Of a stretch of DNA of 64,000 nucleotides, positions 12,090-25,429 are shown one piece after another. Positions within the stretch are counted from its first letter, which is position 1. Every line of letters begins with the position of its first letter. The notes beneath the pieces were generated by a model, which was given only the letters and a program-made list of their open reading frames with translations, did not search any database and was not told the DNA's origin. The stretch comes from Mobula hypostoma. Lineage: Eukaryota. The position numbers were made by a program, and so were the translations under genes. Location: the NCBI RefSeq assembly GCF_963921235.1, contig NC_086097.1, positions 8,866,001-8,930,000 on the forward strand, written 5' to 3'.

Positions 12090-12415
12090 ATAACTCTGCC
12101 ATGGATGGTCCCAAGCCCGATTGTGAAAGGAGGAGGGTTAGGCTTGGGGCTAGCAACTCCATTCTGTGAAAACCCCGGTTTCAAACCTGGTGGTGAGACG
12201 AGGAAGGCTTGGACCTGGGGCTAGCAACTCCATCCTGTAAAAACTCAGAGCTACAGAAACACCAACAGAAGCTCCAAAGATCTCATCATTGAGAGAAGGA
12301 ACTGCGCCTGGAAAACACCTGGGGACAAATTGAAAGACTGGCCCAGGACAGAGGACTCCCGTGAGCTTCTGTCAGCGGCCTATGCCCCAGTAGAGATGAC
12401 GGGCTTAAGTAAATA
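12090..12415 (+). mobile_element. Short RTE-derived non-autonomous element
   Basis: Motif ggagggttaggcttggggctagcaactcc and tail ...cttaagtaaataa. Same family at 14490-14745 (-) and 22170-22445 (+). Confidence 0.65.
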
Positions 12416-13189
12416 AACTGATCACGAAAGGATATAAAATTGCCTTTCAATTCTCTTTAAAACCTGCTCTTTTGCTCGTTTTGCGTCTTCCTCTCTGCAG
12501 TAATATTAATATTGTTTCTGTTTCTATTGTTTATCCCTCTGCAATAATATCAATGTCGTTTCTGAATTCCTAAATAATTGAAAATGTTCTTCTAATGTCA
12601 GTAAAAATAAACTTACATGTACTTGTGCATCTAAATATTACATTTCTGGATAATGTTCACAAACTAACAACATTTATAATTTACGATATTTTAGTATGTT
12701 TCTAAATAGAGAGCATTCTTTCAACATTCAAAGTGGAAAATGTTGTACGTACATCATTTTGAATTGGGTTTCTGTGTTAGTACTTTTATCATGACTTGTA
12801 AGGCAAGTTGTAACAATATGAGAAAGTGAGGACATGCATGTCAAATTATGCCACGTTGTTGCACCAACAACTGGTATGGAAACTCCAGTGCATAGGAAGG
12901 CAAGAGGTGGCACGTGGTTATAGACTCAGTCAGATCCATTACGGGTACAATCTACCACATCACCAAGGACCTCTTCAAGACAGGGTGCCTTAAGAAGGCA
13001 GAATCCACCATTAAGGACTCTCACTATCCAGGGTGTGTCCTCTTTTTGCTAATACCATTACGGAGGAGGCACAGCAGCTTGGCGTCACAAACTTCGACAA
13101 TTTAGGAACAGCTTCTTCTCCTCTGCCATCCGAATTTTGAGTGATCCATGAACCTATGAACACTACCTCATTATGAATATAAAGAAATC

Positions 13190-13475
13190 AAAAGCAACAC
13201 ATACAAAATGCTGGAGGAACCCGGCAGGTCAGGGAGTATCTGTGGAAATGACTGAACAGTCAACGTTTTGGACTGAGACCCTTCTTCGGGACTGGAAAGG
13301 AAGCGGGGAAGATGCCAGAATAAAAAGGTGGGGGTAAGGGAAGAAGGATTGCTGGAAGGTGACAGGTGGAGCCAGGTGGGTGGGAAAGGTAAAGGGCTGG
13401 AGAGAAAAGAATCCGATAGGAAATGAGAGTGGACCAAAGGAGAAAGGGAAGGAGGAGAGGACCCATGGGGAAGTG
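13190..13475 (-). mobile_element. Neptune-like PLE 3' UTR fragment with decayed hammerhead, inserted in a Rex1-type tail
   Basis: Matches the hairpin-arm sequence, then the pyrimidine-rich (minus-strand) UTR shared with 34870-35270 and 53085-53445. Confidence 0.75.
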
Positions 13476-13754
13476 ATGTAATTATTTTCATTCCTTTATT
13501 CCTCATTTTTCCTTTTTTTGCATTATTTGCTTTTTTGATATCTTTACGCTGCTGCAAGACATCAAATTTTACATCATATGTCAGTGATAATATATTTGAT
13601 TCTGATTCAATGAGATAAATTCTGAAGAGATGCATCTCTTCTCCTGTTCTGTTTTCACAATAGAGGAAGGATATCTCCTTGCTCTTGTAGTGGGTAATAA
13701 CACAGCAATTGTCTTGATTACATAATACATAGCAAAACAATTAACTACCTGAGT

Positions 13755-13912
13755 TAATGAAGGATGCAGAAGGAGCAACACCCTATATTCCGTCTGGGTA
13801 GCCTCCAAGCTGATGACATGAATATTGATTTCTCCTTCTTGTTAAAAAATTCTCTCTTCCCTCCTCTCTTTCTCTATTCCCCACTTTGGCTTCTTCACCT
13901 CTTCTCACCTTG
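13755..13912 (+). mobile_element. PLE GIY-YIG C-terminal fragment
   Basis: EQHPIFRLGSLQADDMNIDFS matches the endonuclease end EQHLIFRLGSLQPDGTNIDFS at 53444-53662. Confidence 0.75.
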
Positions 13913-14489
13913 GCTCAGCACTGTTCATCCATTCAAGAGTGGTAAGAACAAGAAGCTGATGCTTCATAATTACTGTGCATCATATGTTATATTTCTTGAC
14001 TGTTTTCAGATAGCTGGTGAACCTGCCTGCTTCAGGGACACAATCTGACCTTTCAGCTGCGGTATTCTGTCATAACGAATAACATCTGCCATTTAATTGA
14101 GATCCACAAGGATTGTAGCTGGGAAAGTAAAGCTGAGCAAGAGACAGAATCAAAGTTCATATCAATAATTAATTGTTATTTTAAAGACTATATTAGTTCG
14201 TCAGTGCGTAAGAGGGCAAGTTACCCTTCTAAGAATACAAATAGACATGTGCATTATTACTACTAATTGTTGTCAAATATAGTAAGTGCCAAAGTCTTAT
14301 AGAAATAATAACATATAAGTTCAATTAACTATATTGATTTAAGTTTATAAAATATTAATTTTATCGGTAATTGTAGAATGAGAAAATAGATTGAAATAGT
14401 ATCCATTGGAACGAATGGCTTACATTTGGTTAAAATTGCTGTTTATTGTTACAGTGACATCATGAGCTCATCCAACACTTGACTTAATT

Positions 14490-14745
14490 ACTCACTTAAG
14501 CCCATCATCCTTACTGGAGCATAGGCTGTTGACTGTGGCTCACCAGAGTCCTTTGTCCTTGGGCCAGTCTTTCATGTTGTTTCCAGGTATAGGCCGTCTT
14601 TTTGGTGTCCCAGGGATGAGGTCTTTGGTGTTTCCGTAGCACTGGGCTTTAATGGGATGGGTTGCTGGCCCCTTGCCCAAACCTCCTCCTTTCACAGCCA
14701 GGCTTGTGACCATCCAAGGCGGGTTTATCCAACACTGGAGACCAT
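14490..14745 (-). mobile_element. Short RTE-derived non-autonomous element
   Basis: Reverse-complement copy of the 12090 and 22170 family. Confidence 0.65.
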
Positions 14746-14859
14746 TCAAAATAAACCACTTCAGACATCAGACCTCATTTGTACATGAGATGCAAGGGGA
14801 CTGAAGCAAACGTTTCATGCAAAAGAAAGGAGAAATATGGGAATAAGGATATAAAAAAA

Positions 14860-15078
14860 ATCTGCCAGTGCTGGAAATAGAGAGTAATTCACACAAAAAA
14901 GCTGGATGAACTCAGCAGGTCAGGCAGCGTCTATGGAACTGAATAAAGAGTCAATGTTTCAGGCCAAGACCCTTCATCAGGACCCAGATGAAGGTCTCAG
15001 CCCGACACATCAACTGTTTACTCTTTTTATAGATGCTACCTGACCCGCTGAGGTCCTCCAGCATTTTGTGTGTGATGC
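14860..15078. mobile_element. PLE-derived fold-back element, diverged
   Basis: Inverted arms meet at ~14983; the minus arm reads gtcCTGATGAagggtcttggcctGAAAcattgact. Confidence 0.8.
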
Positions 15079-15224
15079 ATGGGAATGAAGGCTTCATGTT
15101 CTGGGTCAGTCTCTCAGTTTTCAAGATTATAATCCATACTTTGAACTTTGAACATATGGAAAATTGTGGAATAAAAATGATAAACAGGTAAGTTGATATT
15201 CAGGTGACTCGGAATCAGGTTTAA

Positions 15225-15535
15225 TATAAGACCGTAAGACCATCAAATATAGGAGCAGAATTAAGCCATTTGGCCCACTGAGTCTGCTGCGCCATTTCGT
15301 CATGGCTGATCCATTGGCTCTGTCAGGCCCAATCTCTTGCCTTCTTCCCGTATCCCTTCATGCCCTGAATAATCAGGAATCTATCAACCTCTGCCTTAAG
15401 TATACATAAAAGCTTGGCCTCCTCAGCTGCCTGTAGCAAAGAATTCAATAGATTCATCACTCTCTGGCTGAAGAAATTCCTCCTCATCTTTGTTCTAAAA
15501 GGACACCCCTCTACTCTGAGGTTGTGTCCTCTGGC
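15225..15535 (-). mobile_element. CR1 3' fragment
   Basis: Highly similar to 5168-5460. Confidence 0.8.
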
Positions 15536-15721
15536 AGATCACTGGCATATGTTGTGAAATTTGTTACTTTCTGGCAGCAGTACAGTGAGTAGATAATATA
15601 AATTACTATAAATTGCAACAAGAAATAAATACAAAAGTAAATTAAGTAATAAGTGCAAGAAGAGATCAAAAATTATTTTAAAATAGTGAGGTTGTGTTCA
15701 TGGGTTCAATGTCCATTCAGA

Positions 15722-16113
15722 AAGCATAGAAACATAGAAAACCTACAGCACAAATCAGGCCCTTTGGCCTATGAAGCTGTGTTAAACATGTCCTTACCTT
15801 AGAACTACCTAGGGTTACCCATAGCCCTCTATTTTTCTAAGCTCCATGTACCTGTCCAAGAGTCTCTTAAAAGACCCTATTGTATCCACCTCCATCACCG
15901 CCGCCGGCAGCCCATTCCACGCACTCACCACTCTCTGCGTAAAGAACCTACCCCTGACATCTCCTCTGTACCTGCTTCCAAGCACCTTAAAACTGTGCCC
16001 TCTTGTGCTAGACATTTCAGCCCTGGGAAAAACCCTCTGACTAACCACACGATCAATGCCTCTAATTATCTTGTACACTTTCCACACGATCAATGCATCT
16101 CATTATCTTGTAC
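15722..16113 (-). mobile_element. CR1 3' fragment nested in a Rex1-type fragment
   Basis: ORF 15815-16093 (TRGHSFKV...FFTQRVVSAWNGLP...FKRLLDRYM); tail (catagaaa)n. Confidence 0.85.
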
Positions 16114-16634
16114 ATAGAGGGGAAGAAGTTGCTCCTGAAATGCTGAGTGTGTGTCTTCAGACTCCTGTACCCACTCCTGGGTGATGGGGGTCCTGGGTGA
16201 TGGATACCATCTTTTTGAGGCATCGCCTTTTGAAGGTGTCCTCAATGGTGGGATGTTTTACCCCATAGTAACACTATCTCATTTGGCTGCATCCATGAGT
16301 ATTCACGTATGGTTGAATGACAATTCAACTTAAATTTAATTGAATTGAATTGTGCACGTGATGGTGCTGGCCGACTTTGCAAGTTTTTACAGCTTTTTTT
16401 CCGATCCTGTGCAGTGACCTCGGCATACCAGATGGTGATGCAACCAGTTAGGATGCCCTCTACGGTACATCTGTGGAAATTTGTAAGTGTCTTTGGTGAC
16501 ATACCGATTCTGCTAAAACACTGAATGAAATAGAGCTGCTGTTATGCCTATCTCTTCCAATTCAACATCTTTAGAATATGAAGCTTCATTTGATGATATC
16601 TTTCAAAAACTTTTGTATCTCAAGCATACTAATC

Positions 16635-17220
16635 AAAGTTCAAAAGTTCAAAGTAAATTTATCATCAGACTACATATATAATCAACATAGACAACCCTAA
16701 GATTCATTTACTTGTGGGCATTCTCAATAAATCCATAATAGAATAATAATGAATGAAAGACTGCACCAACTTGGGCATTGAAATTATGTGCAAAGGACAC
16801 TAAACTGAGCAAATATAAAACAAAATAAGTATTAAAACACTAAATATCGAGAACATGAGGTGAAGAGTCCTTGAAAGTGAGTCAATAGATTGTGGGAACA
16901 GTTCAGTGATGGGGCAAGTGAAGTTGAATGAAGTTATTCCATCTGTTTGATGGGTAAAAGCTGTTCCTGAGCCTGGTACTGTGGGTCCTGAGGCTCCTGT
17001 ACCTTCTTCCCGATGCCAGCACAGTGAGAAGAGAGCGTGGCCTGGATGGAGGGGAATCCCCAATGTTGGTTGCTGTTTTCCTGTGACAGTGCTTCGTGTA
17101 GATGTGCTTAATAGTGGGGATGGCTTTCCCTGTAACGTACTGGGCCGTATCCATGAGTTTCGTAGGGCTTTCCGTTCAAAGGCATTGGAGTTTCCATACC
17201 AGGCTGAAAAGCTACCAGTT
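16635..17220 (-). mobile_element. Rex1/Babar-type LINE 3' fragment
   Basis: HPGHALFSL / SGRRYRSLRTHSTRLRNSFYP remnants; tail (caaagtt)n at ~16635-16655. Confidence 0.75.
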
Positions 17221-17665
17221 AATTGTGTATATTGTAATAAACAACTACAGTCTGCAGGACCAGGAATCTGTGCCAGCTGGAAGAAAACTCGTAATATGCA
17301 GAACACTCAGGCAGTAAGGAGAGTCAACTTCGAATGACTTTGCAAGATCAGCTCATCTCAGTAATGATCATCTGCTGTTTGCACAGACTGGATGATTTAC
17401 CGGGAATAAGAGCACTGTGTGACGTCTGGAGAGTTAGCAAGCCCTAAAGAGTTGCTGCTCTTATTTAAAGCCAAGCAGACGACTGGAACAGTTTAGATTA
17501 AAGAAATATAACTACTGAATTAAGAAGAAATAACTGTGGACTGATACATGTCAGACCCTGATGATAATAATCTGAAGAGAAACAATAAAAGGGGCCTTAT
17601 GTCACCTTCCAATCAGGTCTGGGGGAAATCTATTTGATGTATTAAAAAAGGAACAGGATTCTATT

Positions 17666-18311
17666 GGAGGGAGGAGAAGATGGCGGCGTGAGCAGCGCGC
17701 GTGGCCGTTCCGAATGAATATTGTATGTGTAACAAGGGGGGCCGTGCACAATCCGGATTTGATGGAGACTGCCGTGAGAAGCATGAAGGAACATCTGGAG
17801 AAACTTCTGAAATGCCTGCTTCGCTGCCACTGCTACTGTGCGATCCAGAATCTCCGGAGACGAAGGCCCCAAATCCTCGGCTTTGCCTATTGCCTGTTGC
17901 CGGGTCCGGGGTCGAAGCACTCGGCAGAAATGGTGCTCGGTGCTCGGTGTCGGGAGGTGGTCGGAGGCTCGAATTTTCGGACGGACTCCGAGTCGGACTG
18001 TGGTCGGACGCTTCCAGGATGCTGAATTGGCAAGTTTGCAGCGCTGGAGGTTTACCATCTGCGTGAGATGATGGGACTTTCAAGAGATTTTGAGACTTTA
18101 CCGTGCCATGGTCTGTTCTTATCAAATTACGGTATTGCTTTGCACTGTTGTAACTATGTTATAATTATGTGGTTTGTGTTAGTTTTTAAGTCGGTTTGTC
18201 ATGTGCCTCTGTGATATTATTCTGGAAAAACACTGTATCATTTCTTAATGCATGCATTACTAAATAACAATAAAAGAGGACTGTGTGTCCTCATAATCAT
18301 AATCATAATCA
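17666..18311 (+). mobile_element. ~650 bp SINE-like element, family A, copy 1
   Basis: Starts GGAGGGAGGAGAAGATGGCGGCG; ends aataaaa-GAGGAC-tgtgt-GTCCTC hairpin plus (ataatc)n. Five copies in the window. Confidence 0.85.
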
Positions 18312-18579
18312 TATCCTATTTAAGAAATAAACATGTCCAGCTTTGGAAAAAATGTTGCAGGTTGTTCATACAGAGCTACATATTCTCAACAAATGCAGAC
18401 AGATTCCTTATTTTGGTCAGTGTTTGGATGTTCATTTTCGAGGGTGCTAAAAAATCTGTATTTGTGACTGATTCCCCATCATCCGTCCCACAATCTCCTT
18501 GACCAACTACAGTCTGAAAGGGGGTACAGGAGCACCAGGACTAGCAAGACAAACAAATTGCTGGAGGAACCTGGCAGGT

Positions 18580-19110
18580 TAGATCAGATTATTAGATCAG
18601 ATTAGATTATAAGGACACGCAGTCCTTTTTGTTTTCATGGTGAAAAAAAGTCTCAAAGTTTCTCGAAAGTTCCATCATCTCATGCAGATGGTAGAAGGAA
18701 GAAAAAAAACTCTCCCTGCCATGAACCTCCAGCGCTGCAAACTTGCCGATGCAGCACCCTGGAAGCACCCGACCACAGCCGACTCTTGAGTCTGTCCGAA
18801 GACTTCGAACCTCCAACCAGCCTTTCGACACCGAGCACCGAGCACCATCTCTGCCGAGCGCCTCGACCCCAGCCCCGGCAACAGGCAATAGGCAAAGCCG
18901 AGGATTTGGGGCCTTCCCCTCCGGAGAAACTCGATCGCACAGTAGCGGCAGCAGCGAATCAGGCATTTCAGAAGTTCTCCAGATGTTCCCCCGTGCTTCT
19001 CACGTCTGTCTCCATCAAATCAGGATTGTGCATGGCACCTACTTAACAAATACGATATTATTTCAGAGCGGCCGCGCGCGCTGCGTCATGCCACCATCTT
19101 CTCCTCCCCT
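18580..19110 (-). mobile_element. Family A, copy 2 (AT-rich segment deleted), nested in a PLE fragment
   Basis: Reverse complement of copy 1. The PLE arm at 18545-18579 continues at ~19115. Confidence 0.85.
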
Positions 19111-19114
19111 CATG

Positions 19115-19510
19115 TAATATGTATTGAAATTAACAAACAGTTGATATTTTGGGCCGAGACTGTTCTTCAGGAATGCAAAGGAAGGGGGAAGAGATTAGAA
19201 TAAAAAGGTGGGGGGAGGGGCAGGAGGATAGGTAGAAGATGATAGGTGAAGCCAGGTGAGTGAGAAAGATAAAGAGCTGGAGGGAAAGGAATCTGATCGG
19301 AGAGGAGAGTGGACCGTAAAAGAAAGGGAAGGAGGAGTGGCACCAGAGGGGAGGCCATAGGCAGCTGAGAAGAGGTAAGAGACCAGAGTGGGGAACAGAG
19401 AAAAAAAGTGGAGAGGGAGGGAATTTTTCTTAACTGTAGGAGAAATTGACATTCATGCAATCCAGTTGGAGGCTACCCAGTGGAATATAAGGTGTTGCTC
19501 CTCCACACTG
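19115..19510 (-). mobile_element. Neptune-like PLE 3' fragment
   Basis: End of the GIY-YIG region (19440-19510), pyrimidine-rich UTR and decayed hammerhead (~19140-19172). Confidence 0.75.
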
Positions 19511-20157
19511 AGGGAGATCTCACCTTTGGATAAGAGGAGGACAGGGACTGCAAGAGTGTGTAACAGCTTCTTCCCTCAGGCTGTGAAACTGAGACCCTGG
19601 CACCACCGAGGTCTCATCACTCGGACAGCAAGCTATACTGTTTACTGTTTACCTGTGTTGCACACTGCAGTATTTTGAATTATATTTTATTAACATATTC
19701 ATGGTAATATCTTGGCTTATGTGCTGTATATGATATGTGCTTCGTGGGTGCACCATGGTCCAAAGAAACACTGTTTTATTTGTTTGTATATATTTACAAT
19801 CAGATTACAATAACCTTGAACTTGAACTATTGAAGAAGGTGGTGACTCATCACCTCCTTTAAGCCACTTCTATCTTCCGGTGAAGGTGCTGCCCAGGTTA
19901 TTTTTGGGAAGGATGTTTCAGGAATTGGATTTGGTCGTTGAAATGATGGAAGGTGATATACTTCTTAATCAATGGATGGCCTCTTTTCTTCCAAAGAAAT
20001 ACTACCTATTAAAAAATAACAAGTCTGTAACACTGAAAGATTGACTTGCACACTGAAAGCCCACAACCACACATTCCAAGTCACTGGTCCAAGCAGGTTC
20101 ATTGAAATAAAGCATCAGGCCAAGACTCTCATCTGCACCAAGTAATACTGTTGGATT

Positions 20158-20239
20158 AGGGCAGTTCCCAACCCGGGGTCCACGGACACTTTGCTTAATG
20201 GTATTGGTCCATGTCATAAAAAAGGTTGGGAAACTCATG
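20158..20239. mobile_element. Tiny hAT-like MITE
   Basis: Inverted ends gttcccaacc / ggttgggaa. The internal sequence matches 60579-60670 in reverse. Confidence 0.55.
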
Positions 20240-20709
20240 GATAAGGGTGTAGAATCATTAATTTCCTTGTAGTTTAACTTCCTTATGCTTGCTTGTATTT
20301 TTATATAGTCATGTAATGGTTCAGTGAATTTTCCAGTAATTACAGTATAGTTGGTTCTGTACTTTTCCAGAAATTTATTTGTTTTCTGTAGTAGTTGTCA
20401 CAGCACTTGAATCTTGCTATTTTATGGTTTAATAATTATCATTGGAATCTTTGTTTATCTCCAGTCTGAGTAAGGGACAAGCACAATGACATTTTCTTTT
20501 GTTCTCTCAGTTCCTCTTTTTGTTCATTTTCTGCTCTTTTAATATATAATAAAACGATCATAAAGAACAAAATTAATGTCTTGTTTTTGACTCCCAAAGA
20601 ACCTTTGGATTGCAAAAGTATCAATTCCAACAATACTGAGGAATAAATAGGGGTTATTTATTTCATACGCATCATCAAATTCCACTTTGGATAAAGGTAA
20701 ATTCAAAAT

Positions 20710-21230
20710 TCGTGAGCATTGTATTGGGTACACTGGCTTGTTAATGCAAATATCTAATTAGCCAATCATGTGGCAGCAACTCAATGCATAAAAACATACA
20801 GGCATGGTCAAAATGTTCATTTGTTCAGATTGAACATCACAATGAAGAAGAAATGAGATCTAAGAGATTTTGACTGTCAAATGATTGTTGTTAGCAGATG
20901 GGGTGGTTTGAATATCTCAGAAACTGCGGATCTCCGGGGATTTTCATGCACTACAGTCTCTAGAGCTTACAGAAGATGATGAGAAAAACAAAAAAAAAAC
21001 TCTAGTGGGTGAAAATGCCTTGCTAACGAGAGAGGTCAAAGTAGAATCGCCAGGCCGGTTAAAGCTGACGGGAAAGCACCAGTAACTCAAATAAGCACAC
21101 GTTACATCAGTGGTGTGCAGAAGAGCATCATTGAATGCACAACACATTGAACCTTGTAGTGGATGGGCTACAGCAGGAGAAGGCCACACCGGGTTCCACT
21201 CCTCTACCTAAAAAGTGGCAACTAAGTGCA
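20710..21230 (+). mobile_element. Tc1/mariner deletion derivative
   Basis: Decayed N-terminal HTH coding (DLRDFDCQMIVVSRWGGLNISETADLRGFSCTTVSRAYR); TIR-like end tacctaaaaagtggcaactaagtg. Confidence 0.75.
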
Positions 21231-22169
21231 AATTAACTTTGATCAGTAATAGAAACTGTGCAGAGGGAAGACTAGACAATTTCAACTTTTTAGCCAGAAA
21301 CAAAACAGTATTTATCTCAGTGTCTTGGTAGTTCTTTTTATTTACAAAAGTGACAGGAGTTATAAAAGCTTTGCAGCAAAGCAGTAACCACAATCAAGGA
21401 CTCCCACCAACTTGTCCATGCTTTATTCTTATTGCTGCCATCAGGAAGGAAGTCTTGGAGCCTCAGAACCCACACCACCAGGTTCAGGAACAGTGATTAC
21501 CCTTCAACCATCAGGCTCTTGAACCGGGGGGGGGGGGGGGATAACTTGCCCCAACAATGAACTTCTCTCACAACCTTTTCAAGGACTCTTCATCTCATGT
21601 TGTCAATATTTATTGATTTATTTTTGAACCTTCTCAGTTTCTATGTTTCTATGTTTCTATGTTTCTATGTTTGTTGATTTTTCAACTTGATTGTTTGTTC
21701 ATTTGTTGGATGTGGTCTTTCATTGATTCTGTCACGCTTCTTGGATTTACTGAGTTTACCTGCAAGAAAATTAATCTCAGAGTTGTATATGGTGACATAC
21801 AGTATAAGTACTCCGATAATAAATTTACTTTGAACTTTGAACATTGCCTAAAATATGCAATATAACCTCAAGTTCAACTAATATTTATTCAGTATAATTC
21901 TTCTCTCATATACTAATGTAGCGTCATTGTGCTGTGTGCAAAAGACAGTAATGATCATTCATACTTCCACAGATAGTTCAGCAGTAGACACTTCAATTTT
22001 CCAAAACACTGTACTCATAAATCATCTTGATGATCACTAATGTCTTGTTATATCAAAAACACAACTCCTTTTTTTTCTCAGCATTTCAGGGAATATATGT
22101 CAAGGTTGTGAAGAATTACCTTGCCAGTGATATTAAACATGATTCTGATTCTGATCTCAGAGATGTCAT

Positions 22170-22445
22170 TAACTCCGCCATGGACAATCCCAAGCCGAGC
22201 TGTGAAAGGAGGAGGGTTGGGCATGGAGCTACCCACTCCATCCAGTAAAAACCCAGAGCTACAGAAATACCAACAAAAATTCCAAAGACATCACCCACGG
22301 GAGAAGAAGCATTCTACAGGAAGACAGGACACACCTGGAGATAATGTGAAAGACTGGCCCCGGACAGTGGACTCTAGTGAGTTGCTATCAGCAACCTATG
22401 CCCCGAAAGAAGTGGTGAACTTAACTAACTAACTAACTAACTAAC
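22170..22445 (+). mobile_element. Short RTE-derived non-autonomous element
   Basis: Same family as 12090; (aact)n tail. Confidence 0.65.
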
Positions 22446-22490
22446 GAGGATGTCCATTTCTAAATTATTAATACTGTAGGTACTGGGAGT

Positions 22491-22841
22491 CAATGCTCCT
22501 TCTAATTTGCATTGACCAATGTGTGCAAAAATCTTGTGCAGTGCAATTTTTTGCCCAGTGACAACAACATGTGTACACTGAATAATGCCTTCAATAAAAA
22601 CAGTCAGATCTAAAATAAGCCTGTTCTAAAATCTGCAGACAAATCATCACAAACTCCACGTTGCCAACACCGTCCGCATCAGAAACCGGAAAAGGAAATG
22701 TGATTGTGTACGATCATGAAATATACTTAACATACCAACGAGGAAGAGGGTGACAGCTTTTTGTGCACAGTTTAAATTCCTTTGTGAGCTAGTAGCAAAA
22801 GATGTGTGTCTGCACATGCACACTCCTTAAAGAGAACACTG
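22491..22841. mobile_element. hAT-superfamily MITE
   Basis: Imperfect TIRs caatgctccttctaa / ttaaagagaacactg, with a perfect 8 bp TSD ctgggagt (22483-22490, 22842-22849). Confidence 0.85.
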
Positions 22842-24032
22842 CTGGGAGTACACTTCATATCTAAACAGGCATTTGTCATTCCTATACCTCATTTCTAAAG
22901 ACAGTCCATTCATTAAACTCCTCAGTGCCACAGAAACTATATTTACTTTCTTAATAAAGGTTGTTACAACTTAAGGTCTAGCTGTCAAAATGGCACAAAT
23001 ATTGCATGTGTTGACCCTATACAGACCTCTGCAAAAAGTCGTCCTGAAACAAAACTGAGGGCTCAGGCATTGAATTCAAGCACCATTTCCCTAAGGTCCT
23101 TGGAGAACTTGGTTACTGAGAGGAAATAACCAATAACCAAGGAGCTGTTTGCATTTAAACCATGCACTAAAGTGACCACTTCACCCAGCGTGCTTAACAT
23201 TAGAAAGAACTCATTTGTTTCACTATATTTCAAAACTAGAAAATAGCAACATCTGGCACTTTAAATATCTTACAAATTAACTTAGCCCTGTAAAGGGAGA
23301 ATGCTGTTATCTCCATTCACCAATCACACCTGCTCTTCTACCTCATTTATGTGATCACACCAGCAGAGCTGCAGCTGAGATTACAAAGCTGAGCTATTTT
23401 GTATCACACTTACATATTTCCTTTCTTACTCTCAACATCTCCCTTAATTGTTCACAACCAAGTACTCTGGAGCAATAATTAACTTTTAACTGGAGACAAA
23501 CACAGCAGCCAGATTGGATATGTTAAAGCTTCACAAAGCAGTTCTACAAGTAAGATAAAATGCTATAATCAATTGTGCTGACATAGAGATAGATACCACA
23601 GCTCTTCTGATTAAAGTCCATTTGAGATGATAGGTGGGACCTCTGGAAATAGTACTTTCGACAATACTACATTCCTTCAATGTTGCAGTGTTGTCATCTC
23701 AGAACATAGCACAGTACAGCACAGAAATAGGCCCTTCGGCCTACAATGTTGTGCTGAGCCAATTAAATTAGTAAACAAATGGCCAACTAAGCAAATCTCT
23801 TCTGGCTACACAATGTCCGTATTCCTCGGTGTTCCTCACATTCATATGCCTATTTAAGCATCGCTTAAAAATCCCCGATATATCTGCTTCTCCACCACCC
23901 CAGACAGAACATTAGAGGCATCCACCCCTTTCTGTGTAAAATAAACTTGCCAATTACATCTGCTTTAAAATTACCCCCACTCACATCTCCCTTGTTGCTG
24001 AGATACATCCTAGGATGCACTGGCACACATCT

Positions 24033-24128
24033 TCAGTGATGTAACCTGGGGTCAATGGGGGTTTGGGATCTTTCAGCATCAGTGATGTAACCTGGGGTCA
24101 ATGGGGGCTTTGGATCTTTCAACATCAG
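24033..24128. repeat. 46 bp tandem duplication (2 copies)
   Basis: tcagtgatgtaacctggggtcaatggggg...gatctttca at 24033 and 24079. Confidence 0.9.
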
Positions 24129-24444
24129 ACACTTACGTCCAGGTAACCCCGCCAGTGTTGATCAGGGCCTGGCTTGTATCCCAGCAGCACTGGTCCACCG
24201 GTCACTGCTCTTGATCCACAGTCACCTAGTGGCTCACTCAGCAGCCTCTGTGACAGTCCTGAAATCTTTTGAAATCTCCTCACATTTCCTTTGAAGTTAC
24301 ACTGTTTTACCTTAAATCTATGCCCACTAATCTCATGTAGTTCTGCAGCATTCTTGCTGAGAGGAAAATGTGCCCTGTATTGAGCCAAAAATAAGCACAA
24401 ATATTTGATGTCTCTTAGTGACAGCTGTGATGTCCGGTTACAGT

Positions 24445-25303
24445 TGTGACGAGAATACACATAAAATTAAGATGTTTGCTGGCCTGGGCTAGCATCAGTG
24501 GTATCAGCAGTTGGTCTGCCACCTGCCCTCAGGGGAAGGAGAGATAAGGAACAATGGAGCAGCGTCTGGAGATGTGTAATGAAGGGACGTGGGAGAGAGA
24601 GCTGTCTGGAGCGGCTCCCCCCTTTGAACCTTGAACTGTTTGAAGTATGGACAGGTGATACCCCAGCAGGGGGATAAAAAGGGACAGGTTCGCCAAGGCG
24701 ACACACATGCCACCCGAGGTAACGAGACCCTGGAAGCGGTACGCTTCTCACGAGTCGGTGGGAAGTACCAGACAACGGCCAGGGTGGAAAGGTACGATCA
24801 GCGGGAACCTGGTGTGTGTCCGCCCTTGCCTGGGTGCCAGGTTCACTGCAGAGGATCGACCGCATCTGGAGGAGGGGTCACAGTCGGTGACCTCAGGTGA
24901 CATCACCAAGGACCCGCCCAAAAGCTGCTTGTGAGCCATCTCGCCGGTCTGTGAGTGAAGCAGTGTCTGAATGATCAGTTGTTCCCGTTCTATCTCTCTC
25001 TTCCCCCCACGTTGTCCATCGCCAGGGCAACGATTACTGCGAACTGAACTACTAAACTGGACTGAACTTTGAGTCACTTTTAAATTTGGTCATTTACCCC
25101 TAGACAACGATAGAGCTTGATTGATGCTGTTATCTTAATTCTGTGCACGTGTGTTTATCATCGCTGAACTGTTGCATTTATTATCCTTTCGATTACTGTG
25201 TTGCTTATTTCTTTAATAAAACTTTCTTAGTTCTAGTACTCCAGACTCCAACTGAGTGATCCATTTCTGCTGGTTTGGCAACCCAGTTACGGGGTACGTG
25301 ACA
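24445..25303 (+). mobile_element. Solo LTR (Gypsy-like), 859 bp
   Basis: TGTGACG...CGTGACA termini; 4 bp TSD cagt (24441-24444, 25304-25307); AATAAA at ~25215. Confidence 0.9.
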
Positions 25304-25429
25304 CAGTCAATAGCACCAAGGCGCCGAATAAAGCAGTGTTATGAAAAAACAGTTGTTGTAAGGCTAAAATAATAAGATGAACATAAAATGGTGGAAATAT
25401 GCAGCAGGTCAAGCAGTAAGCGGAGTTCA

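Noticed and set aside
17602..19117. Many overlapping ORFs repeated at 17.6, 18.6, 30.5, 40.2 and 50.4 kb as a gene family
   Set aside because: All lie in GC-rich family A copies. Frames shift between copies and occur on both strands.
21525..21540. Poly-G run (and the poly-C run at ~57347) as regulatory G4 elements
   Set aside because: Simple homopolymer expansions in or beside decayed LINE fragments; their length may also be a sequencing artefact.
24467..24865. 132 aa antisense ORF present in both solo LTRs (also 29895-30293)
   Set aside because: Explained by recent common ancestry and GC richness. It has a non-ATG start and no recognisable domain.
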